The translations under genes were made by a program, and so were the position numbers. This document shows positions 35,223 through 43,570 of a stretch of 43,570 nt of DNA, piece by piece. The notes below the pieces were generated by a model, which was not told where the DNA came from, made no database searches, and was given only the letters and a program-made list of their open reading frames with translations. The DNA is from Psammoneis japonica (Eukaryota): NCBI GenBank assembly GCA_008632985.1, contig QPGO01000162.1:124001-167570 (forward strand), in the 5' to 3' direction. Each line of letters begins with the position of its first letter. Position 1 is the first letter of the stretch.

Positions 35223-37345
35223 ATCATGTCGCAAGATGACTACATTCCAGTGCATGTTGTGTGGAAAATTTGCACCCGCATCCATCACACTCCTGCACGA
35301 GGTGGGTTGGGAGGTGTTTCGGCATGGTGCACATGAAGGGCATCATGGAACTCATTGCTCGACAGCTCTGTTCCATTCACAACAGAAGGACAGACAGACA
35401 GCCAAGCACCAGTTTGTGTGCTTCTTTGTGTGGCTCTTGCTTTCTCGTTTGGCAGAGCATTGAGAACATTGCAGAGTTTTTGTTTGTTTGTGACATTCTT
35501 GCGCTCCAGAACAGTGGACTTCACCTCCTTGGAGGTTTCTCGGTGAACAGCCCATTGGAACTGCACGCGGCCGCGCAGGGAGTCAATTGCGTGAGCACTC
35601 ACCAGGGTGCTTGATTTGCAGTTGTCTGGGGCTGACTCTGTGGGACAAGGGATTGAGAGTCCAGCAAATTTGACGGGCAGGGCCGACAGGGCAATCCCAG
35701 GATCTTCTTGATCTGGCATGTCATTGAAGAGTGCTGGGAGGAAGAGATTGGCGATCGCTTCCTCAATCTCCGTGAATGAGTCGCCACAGCTCTTTGCCAC
35801 ATGCTGGACATGTTGCCATTCATGTTGCAGTGATTTTTGCATCCCTGCATGTGCTGTCTGGGGACACTTTGCTGCGATGTCTGCCAGACCTTTGACGATG
35901 CTTGTCCGCTTCTCGGACTTCTCTTCTGTCCATTTCCTGAATTCTTCCTCCTCACCGACAAAACCGCCAAGGTGTCTGTGCTTCCAGTGGCAATGGAGAA
36001 GCCAAGATCTCCAAAGCAATGCTTTGCAGCTTCCAAGTTGCAACTTGTAACTGCTGAAATGTTCTTCTTGTTGTTGTCGGGGCAGTGTCCGACTTGTGGA
36101 CCTGGCTCTCGCAAGCACAGGAAGAATGCTCTGATTCTTTCAAACCTTCCAGCGGCAGCCGAGTCATCAGTGCACCAGGGTTTAAACACATCTGGAAATT
36201 CTTTGTTTGGTTGCTTGACCAGTGGGAGAAGTCCCAGTCTGTGCACAACCATTGTGAGCGGGTCGCCCTGCGTGACACCTTCCTTGCTCTGAAGAGGAAG
36301 AATGCTGTGCCAAAGTGTCCTTGGATGACTGGGATGCTCCGATGCTTGCAGCAGTTAAATGTGAATCGGGCCCCAGAGGGTCAGAGGAATCCAATGCTGC
36401 AGAGCATCAGAATTCTGTTCTCCTTGTTGAAGCCATTGAAGGTGTTGATGAAGAGGAATCCGAGCTCGTCTTCGAATTTGTTTTGTTCCCAAAGTGGATT
36501 CATTGCATGAACCCCTCCTTCGACACCTGCTTCAAAACCAGCACAGAGTTGGTCTGTTCCACAGGCATCTTTGACTTCGGAACCAGCACAAATCATGATG
36601 GCTTTGGCTGTGATCCATTGCCAGATCTCGCCCATGCCGACCGGGTGCACGCCCGGGTTTTTGTCTGGTGTGAGTGGATGCTTTGCCATGAGCGCGCGGC
36701 AGGCGGCCCACGGAGGCAGTCCGTTCGCCACCCAGTTTGTGAGTCTCCCAAGTGCCTCTCTCAGGAGTCCACTGGCTTCTCCACCGGCACTGTGGCAGTA
36801 GAGCAGCCAGTTGGAGGCTGCATTGGCATCTGTTGCGCCGAGTCCACCACTTCCTGACAGACGTCTTGCTGCTTTCTCAACAGCGCCATTAGAGACTGGC
36901 ATGTCTTGGAAGTCTGGCAGTTCACCAAATTCGTGAAAGTGGGCTTTTTCTGGGATTCATGCGTCTGGATGCTTCTTTAAGAGGATGTCTTGGACTGGGT
37001 CCTCAGTCTTCTCGTCGATGTTGTCTGGGGCCAGAACTCCCCCCTTTTCACTGTTGGCTGTGTGGCGCACCGCCGCACGCAAGTTCCCTCGCAGCACCAT
37101 GTCATTGAAGGTTTTGGCACATTGATCAGATGTTGTTGATCCTTGATTGGTTTTAAGGTTGCTCTCAAGGAGCCGTTCAGTTGACTGAACAAGCATTTTA
37201 TGCTCACCTGCACCCCAGTCGTTCATGTGTCTGACGAGAAGCGAACGAATGTTCTTGGCACCTTTTGCCTCTCCGTCTCTTTGTAAAATCACTGTCTGAT
37301 CTCCAGAGGAGTTGACACTGTTTGCTCTTTGCTGAATGTGTGTGA
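35223..37345 (-). mobile_element. CRE-like non-LTR retrotransposon, RT part, degenerate and 5'-truncated
   Basis: DKNPGVHPVGMGE, QLCAGFEAGVEGGVHAM, FNGFN, GVTQGDPL (~36256-36279), WCTDD (from the W-Y-x-DD motif), LPVKFAGL, GAWL, RHDE. Confidence 0.88.
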
Positions 37346-39060
37346 ATCCAACGCCATACCCAAGGTGGATCATTCGTTGCTCCCATCCCTTGGCGCCAGT
37401 TTATCATCCTGTGAATTGTACTGCGACGACGATCCTCCTTTGGTTGGTCGACGCAGGTCGCGGGGCATGTCTTTGGTGGAAATGGATCACATGACGATAT
37501 CTTCAGCGAGCAGCACGGCCGTTTCAAACTACTATTGTCGGTGCACGATACTTAACCAACACTTCGACGGCCGCCGCGGAGGAAGTTTGTAAATCTTTGG
37601 AGGAAAAGAATGGCGCAATAGATACTGACGAAACCATTGTTTCCTCCAATGGGGTTTTCGACAAGCATTTTCCTCTTAAAGCAGATTCTCAGGGCATGTC
37701 TTCAGACGCGGAAAAGGAGAAAATCGATCGAAACAGTAAGCGTGTCATTGAAATGTCCTTGGCGTTGCCAGACGACTACACTCTCGAATACAAGCCAGGC
37801 GATTCCCTAGGTTTGATTGTCCACAACACACCTGAGGCGGTCAGGTTCGTTCTTGAGATGTTGCGAAGAAACCACGGTGTCAAGGCAACGCAGAAGGTGT
37901 CGGTAGATTCTAACCACCCAATCACCGTCGCTGATGCGATTATCAATCACATCGATTTGTGTTCTCCGTTGAAGAACAAGCGCATTTTGCATTCGCTCTC
38001 TCAGTTTGCAACTGACGTCGCCCAGGAATGCGCCTTGAGACTTCTTGCTTCGAAAACTCCACACGGAGAGCAACTGTTTGACACGTATGTTGACGGCCAG
38101 CGCATGTCAGTATTTGATATACTTCAGGACTTTCCGTCGTGTCAACGGATACCACTGGAAGGACTCTTGGGTATTTTGCCAGGGATCCCTCCTCGCTACT
38201 ATTCGGTGAGCTCTAGCCCGCTCGACAGGCGCGAGCCGCTCAGTCTTACGGTTGCGTTTTCCGTTGTGGATTATCTGACTCCTACGTTGGTAAATAGTGT
38301 TGGCAAGGAAATCGGTGGTCGGCGACGTATCGGCGGAATTGCGACACGGTATCTCGAAGTCTTGTGCTCTCCCTTTTTGTCGGGTCACTCACTCGAGAAC
38401 GCTCCAAAGCTGAAGATCTTCCCGAAACCGACCGCTGAGTTCCGCATGCCTGCGACAATATCGACGCCGCTCATATTGATTGGACCTGGCACGGGCATTG
38501 CTCCTTTTATGGGATTCCTGTCACATCGTAAGGCAGAAATCAAATCTATGGAGTCAGCAGAACTTGCGAATACATTGGTGGAGGGCACATGGCGTGGCGA
38601 CTATGAGCTTGAACCCAATGAATTGCCCATCTCCAACAGCGATGCGAAAGGGTTGAACCTTGGGGTTGATTTCAGGAGGCACCAAAGTGTCGGACCAATT
38701 CATGTATTCTTCGGTTGTCGTCACAAAGAGCACGATTGGCTGTACAGACAAGAAATGGAGCAATTGCATGCAGAGGGCATCATTTCCAAATTACATACGG
38801 CCTTTTCTCGAGATAGTCCGCAACGAGTCTATGTACAGGATCTCATGAAGCAGTGCGGATCACAGTTGACGGATCTTGTTTTGAAAATGAATGCGTCTGT
38901 TTACGTGTGTGGAGATGGAAACGCCATGGCGCGTGATGTTCAGTTTGCGTTAGTTGATTTGATTGCACAGTGCATGAAGGGCGACGAGGAGGGTGCCAAG
39001 GAATATCTTGAAAGAATGAAGCTGCAGAACCGATTTGTAATGGATATTTGGACTAGCTAG
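37346..39060 (+). CDS. MTRR: Methionine synthase reductase-like diflavin reductase, FAD/NADPH domains only (5' end missing, possible pseudogene)
   Basis: YKPGDSLG, PRYYSVSSSP, GPGTGIAPFMGF, FFGCR, AFSR, YVQD, YVCGDG..MA.DV, DIWT. No flavodoxin domain upstream. MTRR versus other diflavin reductases is an inference. Confidence 0.7.
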
Positions 39061-39258
39061 TTAAAGGAATGAAATACTTTGTCATCGCGAGAACTGACCA
39101 ATGAGGACGTTAATACAAAGTTACCTACCTAACCGAGCTGCAGCCGCCGTAGCAACCTGCCGTGTAGACCTGACCGAATACGGATCCCGTCCACTCCGAC
39201 AACAGATTTATATAGTGCTGTACGGTACTTTGACACATTACCGTTATTAGCTCTGCAG

Positions 39259-40084
39259 CTATCGCCAATCGAACAGTAGCTTGTGCTCGTAGCAGCAATA
39301 CACATCACTTGAGTTTGCCACGCTCAGACATTCGGTGTCAGCGCAGACCTGGTGAATGTGCTCGTTGCAACCCACAAAGTCGCATTCACGAAGGTCCGAA
39401 TCGGGACCACCCAAGCACTTGTCACGCAAACAACAGTGAGGAGAAGAAGCCTTATCCGCTGTTGGTGGCTCGTTTTCGTCGTCAACTTGGTTGAGGCCAT
39501 TGGCTGCTTTCTCCAATTCCACATTGTCATCCACATCGTCGCTTGAGTCATCTGAAATCTCAATGATGTCGCCCTTCTTGGTACCTTTCTTCAATACCAC
39601 ATCAATGAGGTCTTTGTCTCCCATTTTAGGATTCTTGGTGTTTGTTCTGGTTGGATTTCGCATCCATCAAATATGTAAACCAGCCTGTCGGGCGCCTTCA
39701 CATCAATCGCCCTTCCATGTACTTATCAAAAATTTGTTGAAACTTTGTATCGGCACGAACAACAACTCGTTTCTCCAAACCGGTATGCCCCTCCTGAAAG
39801 TACAACGTCATGTCAGTGGCGTCACTAGGCGGATTTGCTTCACGAGAAATATGAAAAATCCCTTGCACAATTTTCTCGTAGCGCCTGCGGAACGTTTCGG
39901 GACGCATCCGCATCCAGTTTTCGTTCAGAATCCGGATTCTGTTTATAAATTCTGGCGTGAGATAATGCTTACGATCGAACGTCGTCTCAGGGCTGTGTGG
40001 GTTGTGCACATAGTCACAAAGTTCCTTGGTGTCAGATTTTCGCCACTTGTGCGTCCTGCTGCCATCGTTGTTGTTCGTAGCCAT
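39259..40084 (-). CDS. Protein with SUMO/Rad60-SLD-like domain, SIM-like motif and PHD-like Cys/His finger (two ORFs joined across two apparent frameshifts)
   Basis: The middle frame reads RLVYIFDGCEIQPEQTPRILK, linking FQQIFDKY to MGDKDLIDV. Then IIEISDDSSDD and C-x4-C-x4-H-x2-C...C-x2-H. Confidence 0.65.
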
Positions 40085-40528
40085 AGTCGAGAGACAGTCC
40101 TATCGGTATCATGCGATAGAGAGTGAAAAGCTCTTAGAGGTTGGTGACACAAGCAAGAGCAACACAGGTAAACAGACGTTGATGAAGACGATCGACTCAC
40201 CTTTAGCCGAGAACTGACAAAACCATGTGTTTCAAAGAGTCGAACGGCGATTTTTGTGTGCTCGTGCAACAATGAGAGAAGAGTGATTCGATTTCCCGTT
40301 GCTTGGACGTTTCAATTTTTTTGAAAATGTGGCGGGAAAACCAACGGTATTTTCACTATAACATTTTGTGTACTTTTTGCATGGTTTTTGCGAACTCCCA
40401 CGTCAGCCAAACTTAACAACAACATCATACGAGCTCCCCCCGCGAACTCCAAGATTCGCTTCCCGCGCTTCGTCTGAAATCTGAAATCTAAATACCGGTA
40501 CTTTAACTTGTGTTCTTTTGTGGAGAAA

Positions 40529-40566
40529 GTTGTTGTTGTTGTTGTTGTTGTTGCTGCTGCTGCTGC
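40529..40566 (+). repeat. Compound microsatellite (GTT)n(GCT)n upstream of the ATG at 40616
   Basis: gttgttgttgttgttgttgttgttgctgctgctgctgc. Confidence 0.9.
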
Positions 40567-40615
40567 ATTCGTCCTTGTCTGTTTTTCAAAGATATTGAAC
40601 CCAACACTCAATAGC

Positions 40616-41890
40616 ATGTCGACTGAAGCCCCCAATGATTTCGTGATCCGCGAAGGTTTCCCCGCGCTGCTTCGTGCGGACGGCAAAGGTCCTCTGATTG
40701 AGGGTGAGGAGCCACTTCCAGCCAGAAAGTTCGCGTCATACAAAAATGCACTACGAGTGTCTCCAGAATCTGTGCATTCTCTCCTTGAGGACTGCAATAC
40801 TGTCTTTTCGGCAAGAACAAAAAACGACGGTGCGGCTTACAGTGTTGGATGTACGTACTTTGTGCCGTGTCAAATGAGGCCGAGATGTGCGCTCGAGGGA
40901 TTGGCTTTACGAATTTTCGAGACACATGCTGCAGCATTAACGAAAGAGGATGGCAAAGGTCTCATTTATGATCCAGAACGTAGTGGAGCTGAGTGGTGGA
41001 CATTGGTGATGGACGCGGCACCGCCGAAGCTGGAACAAGCGGAAAAGGGCGACAACAAAGGCAGCGATGAAGAGGACGACGATGATGAGGTCGGAATGCA
41101 TTTTGATGCCGACTATGGATTGGAATCAAATGTTCGCCACATGCTGCTGCATCCACGGGTTGCTACTGTCACGTACCTCTCCGACGTTGGAGCTCCGACT
41201 TTAGTTCTCGATAGGAAAAGCCCTTTGTTTTCGGACGTTGAAAAGAAGTCCTTGAGCGGAAGCGTCAAGTCTGCATGGCTATCTAGTCCTTATTTTGGTA
41301 AGCACATGTGCTTTGACGGTCGTCTCTTTCATGGAGCTCCCGCAGCGTTCTTTCCTGGAGTTGCGGGTGGAGAAGACGAGGGAGGCGAACCTCGAGGCGA
41401 ACCACCAGCCAAGCGACCAAAGCTTGGCGATGACTCAACGACGCTAGAGAAGCAGAGAGTCACATTTCTTGTAAATGTATGGATAAATCATTGCCCCGTG
41501 GACGCAGAAATATTGGATGAGGATGTTTGTCATCAACTCAGGACACCGTGGGAACCGCCGACTTCTCCAACCGAAAGCAACAACTTGAAGAGCGACGAAG
41601 CTTACAAACCACCCTTTGAATGGAAACTGAAAAATGCCAACGACAGCGATACTTTTAAGTATGCAAAACTTGCACCTTCCGAGTCTGATCCTGCTGGCTC
41701 AGAGGAAACCGTGGCTTGTCATCGGGAAGTAACAATTAATTTTGGTGCGTCGATGGAAGATATGCTCAAGTGTTGCCAAGAGGCTGTCGGAGGGGAATCC
41801 ATGGAATTAGAGCTACAAGATGGCGCGATAAACATAAGTGTAGGTCATGAAGTCGAAAGCAGCGACGACGAAGGAGAAGAAGCGGCTTAA
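40616..41890 (+). CDS. 2OG-Fe(II) oxygenase-like hypothetical protein
   Basis: Long ORF with normal composition; MHFD (HxD), ATVTYLS, FDGRLFHG, RVTFLVNVW. Confidence 0.7.
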   Translation: MSTEAPNDFVIREGFPALLRADGKGPLIEGEEPLPARKFASYKNALRVSPESVHSLLEDCNTVFSARTKNDGAAYSVGCTYFVPCQMRPRCALEGLALRIFETHAAALTKEDGKGLIYDPERSGAEWWTLVMDAAPPKLEQAEKGDNKGSDEEDDDDEVGMHFDADYGLESNVRHMLLHPRVATVTYLSDVGAPTLVLDRKSPLFSDVEKKSLSGSVKSAWLSSPYFGKHMCFDGRLFHGAPAAFFPGVAGGEDEGGEPRGEPPAKRPKLGDDSTTLEKQRVTFLVNVWINHCPVDAEILDEDVCHQLRTPWEPPTSPTESNNLKSDEAYKPPFEWKLKNANDSDTFKYAKLAPSESDPAGSEETVACHREVTINFGASMEDMLKCCQEAVGGESMELELQDGAINISVGHEVESSDDEGEEAA

Positions 41891-41896
41891 AAATAG

Positions 41897-43570
41897 TTAT
41901 CTCTGTTTTGTATTCCCTCTTCCTTCCATGGCAGCAGCAACATCGCTTCCAAGACCAAGCCCTGCCCACACGTCCTTGACCTTATCCGCTGTATCTGGAA
42001 CGACAAAAGCATTTTTGCGATCATGCGCCACCTTGGCAATGGCTCTCAGCGCCGCGAGGTTAAAGCCAACCGTGTCACGAATTTGCTCGAGACGCACTCG
42101 CACCAGGCGTCGGAGCTCTCTGAGAGGCACGGCGATGCTACCGCTTGCCACAATCTACACGTTCAAATAATGAAACGGATGGGTTAGAACGAATTATGTC
42201 AAGCCGTATTCTAAGCCATCATTTTGTTGAAGGCACGCTCAGAAATTTGGGTATAATTGAACATCACGAAGTGTTCCAGTGTAGCGTTTACTGGCGATCT
42301 GACAGGTAAAACAAGAATCTTCACCGCGCCTGACTGGGACGAGAATCAGTGAACAACGGTCGGCTTACCTGGTTTTGATGGGTCTTAATAATGAACACGA
42401 CTACCCGAGAGCACAGCTCCACGCCTCTTCCACTTTTCAACAGAACAATCAGGTAGTAGACCAGCCGTTCCACGTGTTTGAGTGATAGTAACAGCAAGCT
42501 CTGTTCCAATTCAGCGCTCTTGACGGATCGAAGGATCCACAAAACATACTGCGCAGGTTCAAGTCCAAGCAACAGTGGGTTTGGAGCACGCGTCTTTTCA
42601 TGGTTGGCTTGGCTCTTACGAAAGATGGCAAGGTCTTTTAGTTCTTGGTCCGCTCGTTCCAACCCTCAACGATTCGATCACCGGCAGAGACACTCAAGAC
42701 GCTGCGCTTGACTGCAGCCTCGCTCTGAGGCTGGGAGTCCCCTTCAATCTCGTCATCATCATGTTCTTCCTTGTCTCGTTGCTTTCGTCGTAAAATATTG
42801 GCAGTTCCGCCGTCATCTCCCATACCCGACTCGGCCTTATCAAACATTTGTTCGAGTTCTCGTTCCCGCTCTTCCTCGAGAAAGACAATATCCTTTGTGC
42901 GTTCCCACACACGTACCTGGCGGTCCATCCCACCACTCAGGACAAAGGCGCCTGTTCGGCTCACGGCGAGGCAATTGACTTCGGCACAATGCCCATTCAG
43001 CAACAAAATCTGTTCGAAACGATCTCCATCCCAATAGCGCACGGTCCCATCTTTGCTGGTTGTAAAGAAGTTGTGAGTCCTCTTTACGAATCGAAGATCA
43101 GTGATGGAGTCTTCATGACCATAGAGAGTACGATGTGTGTCACCAAAGTCCAGACCCCAAATCTTGATGGCCTTGTCTGCACCGGACGAAGCAAGAAGGA
43201 CATCATCGTCACTAGCATCAACCGCAAGTGCAGGTAATTTGTGTCCGTAGAGACTCAAAAAGAACTTCAGGGTATCGTCAAAGAATACACGAATAGTGCA
43301 GTCAAGCGTCGATGCGAATACCATGCGCTTGGCCGGGTCTGTTGAATGGGAGTACCGGACAGAGACGACATCATCGGCCATTTCCAGTGTACGAGTATGA
43401 ACAAGCATGGGGTGTTGTTGGCCGGCATGACTCCCTCCCTCCGCGGCTTCTTGAGCCTCCACGTCCCAAAACTTGATAGTCTTGTCTGCGGACCCGTGAC
43501 AATCGAAATCGTTTCCTGCGTGAGTGTCGGCCGCCTACAGTCCAAACTCCAAATTGCGCCATCATGAGCA
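41897..43570 (-). CDS. WDR3: WDR3/Utp12 (Dip2) SSU-processome WD40 protein, 3' part; intron 42368-42155; apparent frameshifts
   Basis: LKFFLSLYGHKLP, SGADKAIKIWGLDFGD.HR.L.GHEDSI, FLEEERERELE and a Utp12 C-terminal domain (RDTVGFNLAAL). Confidence 0.93.

Noticed and set aside
40508..40615. Poly-Val/Ala N-terminal membrane anchor
   Set aside because: It is the translation of a microsatellite from a non-ATG start; ATG 40616 is the more plausible start.
40616..41890. 2OG-Fe(II) oxygenase-like gene as the TpA mutator or a DNA-modifying enzyme
   Set aside because: Only generic HxD...H...R motifs and no recognisable AlkB/TET features. I also saw no deaminase HxE...PCxxC motif in the host genes, so the responsible enzyme is not identifiable here.

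Overview
Eukaryotic nuclear DNA, very likely a diatom (GT-AG introns, ASAF-like bipartite plastid presequences, CoDi-type Copia elements). Gene islands (about 6.3-20.5 kb and 37.3-43.6 kb) alternate with transposon blocks (1-6.2 kb, 9.8-10.9 kb, 20.5-37.3 kb). Genes: DUF1118-like plastid protein, gluconokinase-like kinase, a hypothetical protein, prolyl 4-hydroxylase, NDP-glucose 4,6-dehydratase, a secreted M11-peptidase-like Pro/Ser-repeat protein, a 5'-truncated MTRR-like reductase, a SUMO-like/Zn-finger protein, a 2OG-Fe(II) oxygenase-like protein and WDR3/Utp12. Mobile DNA: a Gypsy fragment, two LTR-to-LTR Copia elements with perfect 5-bp TSDs, a CRE-like non-LTR element split by the second Copia, and a MITE-like insert inside one LTR. 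Main result: the transposon DNA has undergone near-saturating, strand-symmetric TpA->TpG/CpA (A:T->G:C) mutation after integration, the reverse of fungal RIP. It shows directly in LTR-pair alignments and as Tyr->Cys/His in invariant motifs. It spares genes and gene-adjacent repeat copies, and tends to spare TCTA/TAGA. All counts are manual and approximate. Frameshifts in conserved genes suggest an imperfectly polished assembly, so the mutation signal needs confirmation with independent reads.
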